A stretch of 64,000 bases of DNA, taken from positions 4,213 to 68,212 of the forward strand of contig JAJEEE010000057.1 of the NCBI GenBank assembly GCA_022821145.1, in the 5' to 3' direction. A program made the position numbers and the translations under genes. This document shows, one piece after another, positions 28,873 to 37,845 of this stretch. The notes below the pieces were generated by a model. It did not search any database and was not told the DNA's origin. It saw only the letters and a program-made list of their open reading frames with translations. This DNA comes from Acidobacteriota bacterium. GTDB taxonomy: Bacteria; Acidobacteriota; Terriglobia; 20CM-2-55-15. Every line of letters begins with the position of its first letter. Within the stretch, counting starts at the first letter, position 1.

Positions 28873-29132
28873 GGAATCCCCCGACGCGCCTTGCGGCGCC
28901 GGCGCGCGCGGTCGAATGCCGACTGCATGCCGAGCCAGGTTTCCGGGGTTGAGCCGAAAGTCCGGGACAACCGGTCGGCCATCTCGATGGAAACGGCAGC
29001 CTCTTCGTTAACCAGACTGGACAGCGCTTCCCGCTCGACGCCCAGCCTCCGCGCGGACTCGGTGACCGACAGGTTCAGCGGCTTCAGGCAGTCTTCGCGC
29101 ACGATGGCGCCCGGATGCACAGGGTTCTTCAT
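28869..29132 (-). CDS. higA: HigA-family HTH antitoxin (orphan)
   Basis: MKNPVHPGAIVREDCL...SIEMADRLSRTFGSTPETWLGMQ. Confidence 0.85.
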   Translation of the reverse strand: MKNPVHPGAIVREDCLKPLNLSVTESARRLGVEREALSSLVNEEAAVSIEMADRLSRTFGSTPETWLGMQSAFDRARRRRKARRGIP

Positions 29133-29413
29133 CTCCCATTCGGGGCGACACGGTCCTTTATAGCGCGCCAGAGTCACGTTGACATTGTGGCATAGCCGAG
29201 AAGACTCCGCACGGACGCGAACATCATCGCTTGAGGCGCGGCCGCTGCGTTACCCGGCGGGCCGGCTCCGCAACGAGAACGCGGTGAACACCAAGCACTT
29301 GACCCTGTCGACGAGCTTTCAGGTGGTGAAGGACCGGAACGTGACCGCGTACGGCGGCCTCTCGCCTCCGCGTTTTCGCATCGGCCATCACCGCCGGGCT
29401 TGCTATGGGCGCG

Positions 29414-29443
29414 TTGCATCGAACGGCAGAATGTAGTTACATT
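29414..29443 (+). promoter_or_regulatory. Toxin-antitoxin promoter with operator palindrome
   Basis: TTGCAT-N18-TACATT; AATGTA-GT-TACATT inverted repeat at 29430-29443 overlaps the -10. Confidence 0.6.
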
Positions 29444-29469
29444 GCTATATTCAACGCCGGAGGTTCACC

Positions 29470-29724
29470 GTGGCCATAACGACCGTCACGAGTCGCCAAC
29501 TCAACCAGGATCTTGCCCACGCCAAACGGGCCGCCCGCACCGGCCCGGTTTTCATCACCGACCGCGGCAAGCCCGCGCTCGTGCTGCTCTCCATCGAAGA
29601 CTACCGGCGGTTGTCGGGAGAGCGTCGCAACCTGCTGGAATCCTTGGCCATGGAGGGTTTGTCGCCTATCGGCCTTGAGCCTCCGCGGGCGGACGTCGCC
29701 AGTCGTCCCGCCGAACTTCTCTGA
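29470..29724 (+). CDS. Phd/YefM-family antitoxin
   Basis: TSRQLNQD...AKRAARTGPVFITDRGKP; GGAGGT RBS. Confidence 0.92.
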   Translation: MAITTVTSRQLNQDLAHAKRAARTGPVFITDRGKPALVLLSIEDYRRLSGERRNLLESLAMEGLSPIGLEPPRADVASRPAELL

Positions 29725-30146
29725 TGTTCCTGCTCGATACGAACGTCGTTTCGGAACTCCGAAAGGTGGGCGACGGGAAGGCCGACGCCCACGTGACCGG
29801 ATGGATCTCCCGTCAGGATGCGTCGAGCTTGTACGTTTCCGCGTTGACACTGATGGAGCTCGAGATCGGCATTCTGCGCATCGAACGGCGAGACGCCGTG
29901 CAGGGAGAACGGCTGCGAAGCTGGATGGATCGGCACGTCCTGCCGGAGTTCCGTGAACGCACCCTGCCGATCGATGCCGCGGTCGCCCTCAAATGCGCCC
30001 GCCTGCACGTGCCCGATCCGCGGGCCGAACGGGACGCCCTGATCGCTGCCACGGCCCTCGTGCATGGGATGACTGTCGTGACGGGAAACCGCGCTGACTT
30101 CGAGGCGACGGGTGTCGCCTTGATCAACCCCTGGACGGAGGCCTGA
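29724..30146 (+). CDS. vapC: PIN-domain toxin (VapC/StbB-like)
   Basis: FLLDTNVVSELRK, LTLMELEIG, DALIAATAL, VTGNRADF. Confidence 0.93.
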   Translation: MFLLDTNVVSELRKVGDGKADAHVTGWISRQDASSLYVSALTLMELEIGILRIERRDAVQGERLRSWMDRHVLPEFRERTLPIDAAVALKCARLHVPDPRAERDALIAATALVHGMTVVTGNRADFEATGVALINPWTEA

Positions 30147-30163
30147 CCGGCGCTCTCAGCCCG

Positions 30164-31837
30164 TCACCCGGCGGCCCAGCCCCACAACGCCAGCGCCGCC
30201 AACGCCATGACGGCGCCCATCACGGCGACGCCGATCGGCACGCGCTTCTCCCAGGCCCCGACCAGGTCCGACGGCAGGACGGCGGCCCGCGCCGCGATGC
30301 CGGCCGCCGCCGCCGCGCCGAGGTCGAACGCCGCTCCGATCGGGTCCAGGACCCACCGGCGGGCCGGTTTCCCGGCCGCGCGGTAGAACCAGTCCGTGTC
30401 GATGGAGACGGTCGCCGTCGGCTTCAGCGGATCCAGGAACAGCCAGAACGCCAGCGCGGTGAACGCCAGGTACTCGGCCGTGTGGACAAGCTTGTAGCTG
30501 GTGTAGGGCTGGAAGTCGATCGCGTACGGCAGCAGCTCGTAGAACGGGTAGTGGTACACGCCGATTCCGATCGAGAGCGCGGCGGCCAGGCCCATGCCCG
30601 CGTACATGTTGGCCGGGACCGGGCGTATGGGCATCTCCCGCCGCGGACCGAACCAGGTGAAGTAGGGCAGCTTCAGTCCCGTGTGCAGGAACGTGCCGAT
30701 CGAGGCCGCGTACAGCAGCAGCGCGGCCCAGATCAGGCCGGACTGCTCGGCGGCCTCGATGACGATGGACTTGGCGACGTAGCCGCTGAACAGCGGGAAG
30801 CCCGAGATGGCGAAGCCGCCCACCATGTAGAGCACCATCACCCAGCGCAGCCGGTCGACGACGCCGCCCAGCTCGGTCAACTTCGAGCGCCCCGTGGCGT
30901 ACAGCACGGCGCCGGCGCCCATCACGAGCAACCCCTTGTAGAGGACGTGGGCGAAGGCGTGCGCGGACGCGCCGTTGACGGCGATCTCGGTCCCGATCCC
31001 GGCGGCGGCGACCATGAAGCCCACCTGGCTGACGATGTGATAGGCCAGAAGCCGCCGCGTGTCGTTCTCCAGGACCGCGTAGACGACGCCGTAGAGCGCC
31101 ATGGCGACGCCGCCGTAGATCAGGACGTCCCAACCGGCGAAGCCGCGCAGCAGGGCGTAGACCGCGGCCTTGGTCGTGAACGCGCTCAGGAACACCATGC
31201 CGGTGATGGAACCTTCCGGGTAGGCGTCCGGCAACCATGCATGAAGCGGCGGGATGGCCGCGTTGACGGCGAAGCCCAGCAGGATGCAGACGGCCGCGGG
31301 CGTGACCTCGAAGAGGTCGAACGCGATCGAGCCGGTTTGCCCGATATGAATCAGGATGCCGGTCAGGACCAGGCCTCCGCCGGCCGTGTGCACCAGCAGG
31401 TACCGGAACGCGGCTCTCGAGGATTCCGGGTAGCGGCCCGCGTAGACCAGGTAGGCGGCGGAGACGGCCATGGCTTCCCAGAACACCAGCAGCGTGATCA
31501 GGTCGCCGGAGAACAGGACGCCCATGGCCGCACCGGCATAGGCCAGGGCCGCGATCTGCTGGCCGCGCTCGCCCATGTGGAGCGCGTAGACCCCGCCGGC
31601 CACGCCGACCAGTGCGAACGCCGCGGCGAACACGACGCTGAGCGCGTCGACGCGCAACGGCGTCAACTCGAAACCCAACCAGGCGACGCGGACGGCGGCG
31701 CCGGTCTCCAATTGGAACAGTTGGACCAGCACCAGGACGAACGCGGCGACGAAGGCCCAGGCGCGCAGGCGCCGCGGAACGACGAGCATGAGCGCGGCGG
31801 CAGCCAGCAGGATCACGCCGGGGGGGACGCTACTCAT
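30164..31837 (-). CDS. mrpD: Mrp/Mnh antiporter MrpD-like subunit (third copy)
   Basis: VFWEAM, PPLHAWLPDAYP, FTTKAAV, HAFAHVLYKGLL, ISGFPLFSG; highly hydrophobic. Confidence 0.88.
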   Translation of the reverse strand: MSSVPPGVILLAAAALMLVVPRRLRAWAFVAAFVLVLVQLFQLETGAAVRVAWLGFELTPLRVDALSVVFAAAFALVGVAGGVYALHMGERGQQIAALAYAGAAMGVLFSGDLITLLVFWEAMAVSAAYLVYAGRYPESSRAAFRYLLVHTAGGGLVLTGILIHIGQTGSIAFDLFEVTPAAVCILLGFAVNAAIPPLHAWLPDAYPEGSITGMVFLSAFTTKAAVYALLRGFAGWDVLIYGGVAMALYGVVYAVLENDTRRLLAYHIVSQVGFMVAAAGIGTEIAVNGASAHAFAHVLYKGLLVMGAGAVLYATGRSKLTELGGVVDRLRWVMVLYMVGGFAISGFPLFSGYVAKSIVIEAAEQSGLIWAALLLYAASIGTFLHTGLKLPYFTWFGPRREMPIRPVPANMYAGMGLAAALSIGIGVYHYPFYELLPYAIDFQPYTSYKLVHTAEYLAFTALAFWLFLDPLKPTATVSIDTDWFYRAAGKPARRWVLDPIGAAFDLGAAAAAGIAARAAVLPSDLVGAWEKRVPIGVAVMGAVMALAALALWGWAAG

Positions 31838-32075
31838 CGTCCGGTCTCCCCTTCCCGGCGTAATAGTCCTCGCGCTGCTGGACGCCGGCTTTCCCGATCC
31901 ACTTGGACGCGAACACGAAGACCAGGAACCAGAGGACGGCGAACGCCGGCCAGTATCCGACCAGTCCGCTGCCCCACAGGGGCGTGGCGTGATGATCCCC
32001 CAGAATCAGAAGCACGTCGGCCGCCGCCGCGACGATGGCGGCCGCCAGCGCAATCCGCACGAGCTTCCGCGTCAT
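31830..32075 (-). CDS. Small two-TM accessory protein of the Mrp operon
   Basis: 81 aa, overlaps both neighbours; C-terminal QQREDYY. Confidence 0.7.
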   Translation of the reverse strand: MTRKLVRIALAAAIVAAAADVLLILGDHHATPLWGSGLVGYWPAFAVLWFLVFVFASKWIGKAGVQQREDYYAGKGRPDDE

Positions 32076-33553
32076 GGCGCCGTCACCGCCGCGCTGACGT
32101 CCAGGGCCAGTTCCATGAAGCCGAACGCCGCGTCGGGGGCCAACCCCAGCACCAGCGCCAGGCCGGCGGTGATCATCAGCGGAACGACCATCAGGCCGGA
32201 CGCCTCGTCGACGCTCGCGCTTCGCTCGGCGTGCCCTTCTACGGGCACATTGCGGAAGGCGCGAAAGACGATGGGAAACAGGTACGCCGCGTTCAGCACG
32301 CCGCTCAGGACGTACACGGCCAGGAACGGGACCATGGCGGCGTCCACGGCGCCGGCCCCCAGGTACCACTTGCTGGCGAACATCATGAACGGCGGCAGGC
32401 CCGCCATCCCCAGGCTGGCCAGCGCGAACGCCGCCATGGTCCACGGCATCCGCCAACCGATCCCGTCGAGCTGGCTGACGCGGTCCTTGTGGGCGTGGGC
32501 GTGGATCGCCCCGGCGCAGAAGAACAGCGTGATCTTCGTCACCCCGTGGGCGGCCATGTGGAACAGGGCGCCCACCCAGGCCGCCGGCGCCAGGATCGCC
32601 GTCCCGAGAACGATGTAGGACAGGTGGCTCACCGTGGAGTAGGCCAGGCGCTGCTTGAGGGGGTCCATGCCGAGCGCCAGGATCGAGCCGACCGTCAGCG
32701 TGACGGCGGCGAAGGCGGCCACGACATGCAACGCCCCCATGTCGGCCAGCAGCGCCGGCCCGAAGACGTATCCCATGACGCGCACGAACCCGAACGCCCC
32801 GGCCTTGACGACCGCCACGGCGTGCAGCAACGCCGAAACGGGCGTCGGCGCCACCATGGCCGCCGGCAGCCAGGAATGGAGCGGCATGACGGCCGCCTTC
32901 ACCGCGACGCCCGCCGCCAGCAGCGCGAACAGGCCCCACAAGACGCCCCCGCGGCCGGTGAGCTCCGCCAGGAAACCTCCCGCCTCGAACGTCGCGTCGA
33001 CGCCCAGCGCCAGGAGCCATGCCGTCGCCGCGATCAGCGCCAGCCCGGCCGTCAGCGTGTAGGCCAGGTACTTGCGGCCGGCCCGGATCGACGCGGCGTC
33101 CTGGTGGTGGGTGACCAGCGGGTAGGTGGCCAGCGTCAGCAGCTCGTAGAACAGGACGAAGGTCACCAGGTTCGCCGCGAGCGCGACGCCGACGGCCGAG
33201 CCGACGCTCAACGCGAACGCCGCGTAGTAGCGGGTCTGGTTGCCCTCTTCCAGCGTCCGCATGTAGCCGATCGAATAGACCGTCGTCACGACCCAGAGAC
33301 CGGACGCGAGCATGGCGAACAGCATGCCCGCCGCGTCGGCCCGGAACGCGATCGCCGCCCCCGGCGCCAGCTCGAACAACACGGATTCGGCCGGCTCGCC
33401 CGCGAGCGTTCCGGAGAGCATCGACCATACGGCCCCCGCGGTGGCCAATGCCGCCGCCAGGCTCCAGGCCTCGCGCAGGTTGGGCCGCCGGCCCGAGAGC
33501 AGAATCGGGACCGCCGCGGCCATCGGGACCGCGACCGCGATGAGCGGGCTCAC
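32072..33553 (-). CDS. mrpD: Mrp/Mnh antiporter MrpD-like subunit (second copy)
   Basis: FYELLT, VKAAVMPLHSWLP, AVVKAG, AYSTVSH, HGVTKITLF; GTG start. Confidence 0.9.
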   Translation of the reverse strand: MSPLIAVAVPMAAAVPILLSGRRPNLREAWSLAAALATAGAVWSMLSGTLAGEPAESVLFELAPGAAIAFRADAAGMLFAMLASGLWVVTTVYSIGYMRTLEEGNQTRYYAAFALSVGSAVGVALAANLVTFVLFYELLTLATYPLVTHHQDAASIRAGRKYLAYTLTAGLALIAATAWLLALGVDATFEAGGFLAELTGRGGVLWGLFALLAAGVAVKAAVMPLHSWLPAAMVAPTPVSALLHAVAVVKAGAFGFVRVMGYVFGPALLADMGALHVVAAFAAVTLTVGSILALGMDPLKQRLAYSTVSHLSYIVLGTAILAPAAWVGALFHMAAHGVTKITLFFCAGAIHAHAHKDRVSQLDGIGWRMPWTMAAFALASLGMAGLPPFMMFASKWYLGAGAVDAAMVPFLAVYVLSGVLNAAYLFPIVFRAFRNVPVEGHAERSASVDEASGLMVVPLMITAGLALVLGLAPDAAFGFMELALDVSAAVTAP

Positions 33554-35019
33554 GGACCCACCGCCGGTACGAGCAGTCGGGTCACGATCGGAACGTTCGC
33601 CAGGCCCAGGACCAGGGTCGCCGAGGCCAGCACCAGCGCGGGCGCCAGCATGTCGGCGGGCGGGTCGGCCGCCTCCGCGGCGGAGCCGCCGTCCGGGGCG
33701 TCCCGCAGGTAGACGCGCTCGAGAATCCGGACCATGTAGGCCGCGGTCAACAACCCGCTGACCAGGACGACGAGCGCCACGCCCCATAGGCCCTCCGCCA
33801 GCCCGGCCTGTGCGAGGTAGAGCTTCGAGAAGAAACCGGCCGTGGGGGGGACGCCCACCATCGAGACCGCGGCCACGGTGAACGCCAGCATGGTCCACGG
33901 CATCGCGCGTCCCAGGCCCGCCATCCGGTCGATGTCGACCTCCCCGGTCCGGTAGCGCACGCTGTAGGCCGCCAGGAACAACGCCGCCTTCATCACGGCG
34001 TGGGTCATCACGTGGAACAGGGCCGCGGCGGCCGCCAGCGGGCTTGCCAGCCCGATGCCCGCGGCGATCAGCCCGACCTGCGCGATGCTGCTGTAGGCCA
34101 GGATGCGCCGGAGGTCGGACTGGGCGAAGGCCGCCGCGCCGCCGGCGACGGCGCCCCCGAGCCCGACGACGAGCAGCACCGTGGCCACCGGCGTGGCTTC
34201 GGCCAGGTACCCGGCGGGAAACACGGTCAGGAACATACGGAGCATGGCGTAGGCGGCGACCTTGGTGGCGATCGGCGCCATCAGCGCGGTCACCGGAGAG
34301 GGCGCGTAGTTGTAGGCGTCGGGCAGCCACCAGTGGAGCGGGACCAGGGCCGTCTTGACGCCCAGACCCGCGAAGATCAGCGCGGCGCCGGCCAGGACGG
34401 CCGGCGAGTCCAGTATCTCGGGCAGGCGCGCGGCGGTGTCGGCCATGTTGAGCGTGCCGGTCGAGAAGTAGAGGTATCCGACGCCCAGAAGGTACAGGGC
34501 GCCGCCCAGCGTGCCGACGATCAGGTAGCGGAAGGCCGCGATCATGGCCCGGCCGCCGCCCATGAAGATCAGCGCGTAGGTGGCCAGCGACGAGATCTCG
34601 AGGAACACGAAGACGTTGAACAGGTCGCCGGTGACGACGATGCCGAGAAGACCGGTCAGCATCATGAGCACGGCGCCGTAGAAAAGCCCGGGCCGGTCGC
34701 CCATCTCGCGGTCCGCCATCCGGCGGGTGGCCGTCAGCACCAGCAGCGCGACCGCGGCCACGACGGTCGCGACGAACGCCGAGACGCCGTCGACGACGTA
34801 TTCGATCCCGACCGGCGGCGCCCAACCGCCCAGCGCATAGCGCACGGCGCCGGCGCGCGCCGTCTCGACGAGCGATGCGATCGACGCGGCCGCCGAGGCG
34901 CCGACGGCCAGGATCGCCAGCGGGAAGGCGGATCGCGGACGCCAGAGGCCGCAGAGCGTGACGACGAACGCGCCGAGGAGCAGGGGCAGGATTATGAGAA
35001 TGGGCAGGTGCGGGGTCAC
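33550..35019 (-). CDS. mrpD: Mrp/Mnh antiporter subunit D (first copy)
   Basis: DLFNVFVFLEI, VKTALVPLHWWLPDAY, TKVAAY, AYSSIAQ, GVPPTAGFFSK. Confidence 0.92.
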   Translation of the reverse strand: MTPHLPILIILPLLLGAFVVTLCGLWRPRSAFPLAILAVGASAAASIASLVETARAGAVRYALGGWAPPVGIEYVVDGVSAFVATVVAAVALLVLTATRRMADREMGDRPGLFYGAVLMMLTGLLGIVVTGDLFNVFVFLEISSLATYALIFMGGGRAMIAAFRYLIVGTLGGALYLLGVGYLYFSTGTLNMADTAARLPEILDSPAVLAGAALIFAGLGVKTALVPLHWWLPDAYNYAPSPVTALMAPIATKVAAYAMLRMFLTVFPAGYLAEATPVATVLLVVGLGGAVAGGAAAFAQSDLRRILAYSSIAQVGLIAAGIGLASPLAAAAALFHVMTHAVMKAALFLAAYSVRYRTGEVDIDRMAGLGRAMPWTMLAFTVAAVSMVGVPPTAGFFSKLYLAQAGLAEGLWGVALVVLVSGLLTAAYMVRILERVYLRDAPDGGSAAEAADPPADMLAPALVLASATLVLGLANVPIVTRLLVPAVGP

Positions 35020-35387
35020 GTTCGGGCCGGGCGCTCCAGGATTTCGCGCTCGTCCAGGGTACGGTGGCCGTCGAATATTCGGATCATCAACGCCAGGGCC
35101 AGGCCGTTCGTGGCCGCCGACACGACGATGGCCGTCAGCATGAGGACGTGCGGCAGCGGGTTCACGTAGAGGGCCGGATCGGTGGCGCCCTCGTCGATGA
35201 GGACCGGGACGGTGGCGCCCGCCTTCACGCTGCCCGCGATGAAGAAGAGGATGACCGCGCCCTGAAACACGTTCAACCCGATCAGCTTCTTGATCAGGCT
35301 GCGCTTGAGAAGCATCCCGTAGAGGCCGATCACCATGAGGACGGCCGTCGCCCAGTAGGGGTACCGGCCCAGCAGCTCATCCAGCAT
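35016..35387 (-). CDS. mrpC: Mrp/Mnh antiporter subunit C
   Basis: LIKKLIGLN, NPLPHVLMLTAIVV. Confidence 0.93.
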   Translation of the reverse strand: MLDELLGRYPYWATAVLMVIGLYGMLLKRSLIKKLIGLNVFQGAVILFFIAGSVKAGATVPVLIDEGATDPALYVNPLPHVLMLTAIVVSAATNGLALALMIRIFDGHRTLDEREILERPART

Positions 35388-35841
35388 CGCTGCCGCTCCA
35401 TTCGGCGCCCGTGAGGTAATCGAACATCGCGCCCAGCACGCCCATCACTCCCATCGCGACGCCCAGCTCGATGGCGAAGACGCCGATGCTGCGCACGGTC
35501 ACGCGCCCGAACACGATCCCGTCCGTGGCGGGGATGGGCAGGCGGCCGTAGTCCAGGTACTCGCCCCCGAAGAACATCGGCGCCACGCCGGTCAACGCGT
35601 AGACCAGCAGCCCGGCGACGGCCAGGATCACCAGGCCGCCGGTCGAGACGATGCGCTGCTCCCGCCCCAGGGCGAGCCGCGACAGGATGACCGCGGCGGC
35701 CAGGACCGCGCCGGCCTGGAACCCGCCCCCCGGTCCGGCCTCCCCGTGGACCAGGACATAGAACGCGTACAAGATGATGAACGGGATCATCATTATCCGC
35801 GCGATGAAGTTCACGATGATGCTGCCGTGCGGATCAGTCAC
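35377..35841 (-). CDS. mrpB: Mrp/Mnh antiporter subunit B (MnhB domain)
   Basis: HGEAGPGGGFQAG, IELGV. Confidence 0.9.
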   Translation of the reverse strand: MTDPHGSIIVNFIARIMMIPFIILYAFYVLVHGEAGPGGGFQAGAVLAAAVILSRLALGREQRIVSTGGLVILAVAGLLVYALTGVAPMFFGGEYLDYGRLPIPATDGIVFGRVTVRSIGVFAIELGVAMGVMGVLGAMFDYLTGAEWSGSDAG

Positions 35842-36112
35842 GTTTCCGCCCTCTCCCCAGGACCATCAGGAGCGCGACCCCGGCGGTGAAGATCACGGCG
35901 GTTTCGCCCAGCGTGTCGTAGCTCCGGTAGTCGCCCAGGACGGCCGTGACGATGTTGGGCGTTCCGACCTCGCTGGCGCTCCGCTCGACGTAGTACGGCG
36001 AGAGATACCGGTGCGCGGGCGCATCCGGATCGCCCCGGAGCGGCAGCGCCGAGGTGGCGTAGACCACCAGCCCGGCGAACCCGAGCATCGCGATGACGGA
36101 CAGCACTCTCAA
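35834..36112 (-). CDS. Split MrpA/MrpB piece (MbhE-like)
   Basis: PNIVTAVLGDYRSYDTLGET. Confidence 0.88.
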   Translation of the reverse strand: MRVLSVIAMLGFAGLVVYATSALPLRGDPDAPAHRYLSPYYVERSASEVGTPNIVTAVLGDYRSYDTLGETAVIFTAGVALLMVLGRGRKRD

Positions 36113-36354
36113 TCCACCGACCTCCGATCCATCCGGGCGATGCCGGCCACGAGGAGCACGCCCGTGACGCCAGCGCCCAGCACGACCTCGGTGAACGCGA
36201 CGTCGACGGCGCCCATCACCGCCAGCAGGAGGGCCGTGAAGACGCTGAAGACACCCAGCGCGACCACCGCGGCCAGAAGGTCGCGCGTCTCCAGCGCGAC
36301 CACGGCCGTCAGGACCAGCAGGAAGAACAGCGTCAGCTCGATCTCCCAGATCAC
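36109..36354 (-). CDS. Split MrpA/MrpB piece (DUF4040/MbhD-like)
   Basis: RDLLAAVV...AVDVAFTEVVLGAG; GTG start. Confidence 0.85.
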   Translation of the reverse strand: MIWEIELTLFFLLVLTAVVALETRDLLAAVVALGVFSVFTALLLAVMGAVDVAFTEVVLGAGVTGVLLVAGIARMDRRSVD

Positions 36355-36707
36355 GGCGCCGCGCCCCCTCCGGACGTCGGCGAACCGGCGCCGCGCCCGC
36401 CCGCGGCCGGCGCCCGGCGCGTCCACGGATGGTGTCCCAACCGGGCCGCCGCCCGTGCCAGGAGGTGCGCCGAGGCGGGTCCCGCCACGAAGATGAACAC
36501 CCCGGCCAACAGCAGCTTGACGAAGACCAGGCTGACGCCCTCGTAGAACCCGAGGCCCAGCATGATCAGGGCCAGACCGAGCGTTTCGGTCTTGGAGACG
36601 GCGTGCAGCCGGGAATAGAAGTCGGGAAGCCGCAGCAGGCCGATGGCCGTCACCGCCATGAAGAACACGCCGGCCCACAGGAGGATGCTTCCGACGAGGA
36701 CGTTCAT
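36351..36707 (-). CDS. mrpG: Mrp/Mnh antiporter subunit G
   Basis: GLLRLPDFYSRLHAVSK...PASAHLLARAA. Confidence 0.93.
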   Translation of the reverse strand: MNVLVGSILLWAGVFFMAVTAIGLLRLPDFYSRLHAVSKTETLGLALIMLGLGFYEGVSLVFVKLLLAGVFIFVAGPASAHLLARAAARLGHHPWTRRAPAAGGRGAGSPTSGGGAAP

Positions 36708-36967
36708 TCTGCCCGATCCCTCTGCGACTCGAGATAGCGCGCGATGGCGACGGTTCCGATGAAGTTCAGAAGCGCGTACGCGATGGACAGGTCGACGAAC
36801 ATCTCCGGCCGTTCGAAGATGAACCCGACCAGGGCGATGAGCACGATGTTGGTCGTTCCGATGACGCCGGCCGACAGCATCCGGTCGAACAGCGTCGGTC
36901 CCACGATGACGCGGTAGAAGTTCACGATCGCGACCGCCAGCACGGCCATGGCCACGGCGATGAGCAT
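36704..36967 (-). CDS. mrpF: Mrp/Mnh antiporter subunit F
   Basis: GPTLFDR...DLSIAYALLNFIGT. Confidence 0.93.
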   Translation of the reverse strand: MLIAVAMAVLAVAIVNFYRVIVGPTLFDRMLSAGVIGTTNIVLIALVGFIFERPEMFVDLSIAYALLNFIGTVAIARYLESQRDRAE

Positions 36968-36973
36968 CCCGGC

Positions 36974-37603
36974 TCAGTCCTCCTCGTAGAACCAGCCGAC
37001 GTTGTCCACGTCGTGCACCACGCCGCTGGACTGCACCGACGCCGACGTGCCGAAGACCTGGCCCACCTTCCGGGGCATGCCGCCCCGGGTCAGTCCGTGG
37101 GCCGAGCCCGGGTAGAGCGAGTGCACCAGGAACCGGCCGCGCCGCACGTCCACGGTGATCGTGCCGGGCGTCAGCGTGATCGACTGCGCCAGCAGCACTT
37201 GCGCCGGTTCCATCTTCAGCGGCGTCTCGAATTCGACGAGGCGGGGCGAGATCGGCAGCCGCGGATGCAGCACCAGGTAGGCCACCTCCAGGTTCGAACG
37301 GACGATTTGATAGCCGAGATACGGCAAGTATCCGATGAAGCGGACCAGCGAAGCCAGAAACCACCGGAAACTCTCCGGCACGGGCTCGAAGCGCTCGGTG
37401 CGGGCCGGCCGCAGTTGGCCCTGCGTCATCCACGCCGCCAGGATCGCGCTCAGCAATCCGAGGACCAGGAAGTGGATCTCGACGTGCCCCGAGAGCATGA
37501 GCCAGAAACCGTACAAGACCGCGACGCGAGCCACGCCCATGAAGACGGGATGCTCCCATCCCCGGCGGGCCGGTACCGTCGCGCTGTCCCGGTCGGCTGT
37601 CAT
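36974..37603 (-). CDS. mrpE: Mrp/Mnh antiporter subunit E
   Basis: FWLMLSGH, SNLEVA, LAQSITLTPGTITV. Confidence 0.9.
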   Translation of the reverse strand: MTADRDSATVPARRGWEHPVFMGVARVAVLYGFWLMLSGHVEIHFLVLGLLSAILAAWMTQGQLRPARTERFEPVPESFRWFLASLVRFIGYLPYLGYQIVRSNLEVAYLVLHPRLPISPRLVEFETPLKMEPAQVLLAQSITLTPGTITVDVRRGRFLVHSLYPGSAHGLTRGGMPRKVGQVFGTSASVQSSGVVHDVDNVGWFYEED

Positions 37604-37645
37604 GTGGAAGTCGCTCCGCCCGTCCGAGGCGGAGAACAGTGGGTC

Positions 37646-37675
37646 AGCGTACGCGCCGGGCGCGACACGTGTCAA
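37646..37675 (-). promoter_or_regulatory. Putative sigma70 promoter of the mrp operon
   Basis: TTGACA (37675-70), 18-nt spacer, TACGCT (37651-46). Confidence 0.5.
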
Positions 37676-37845
37676 GGCGGCGTCCGATCGCCGGGCCCCG
37701 GAAGGCTCGACGCGGCGGAGCGCACAAAATTCGCTCCCCCGACACTGGGCGCCCGGTATAATCCGAAGACGCCTTTCGGGCGCACGCGACGCCCGCCTTT
37801 CATGGCCAACCCAGTGCCCCGAGAGCGCGCCGGACACCGGCAACG

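Noticed and set aside
29179-29436. 85-aa plus-strand ORF upstream of the second vapBC
   Set aside because: No RBS or recognisable motif, and it runs into the TA promoter.
26690-30150. Prophage or integrative element
   Set aside because: No integrase, transposase, structural genes or flanking direct repeats found; treated as an accessory hotspot.
30482-33712. 1076-aa plus-strand ORF
   Set aside because: Antisense shadow of the mrpD genes.
30164-37603. Membrane-bound hydrogenase or complex I
   Set aside because: No NiFe large/small subunits or NuoB/C/D/H/I homologs in or beside the operon.
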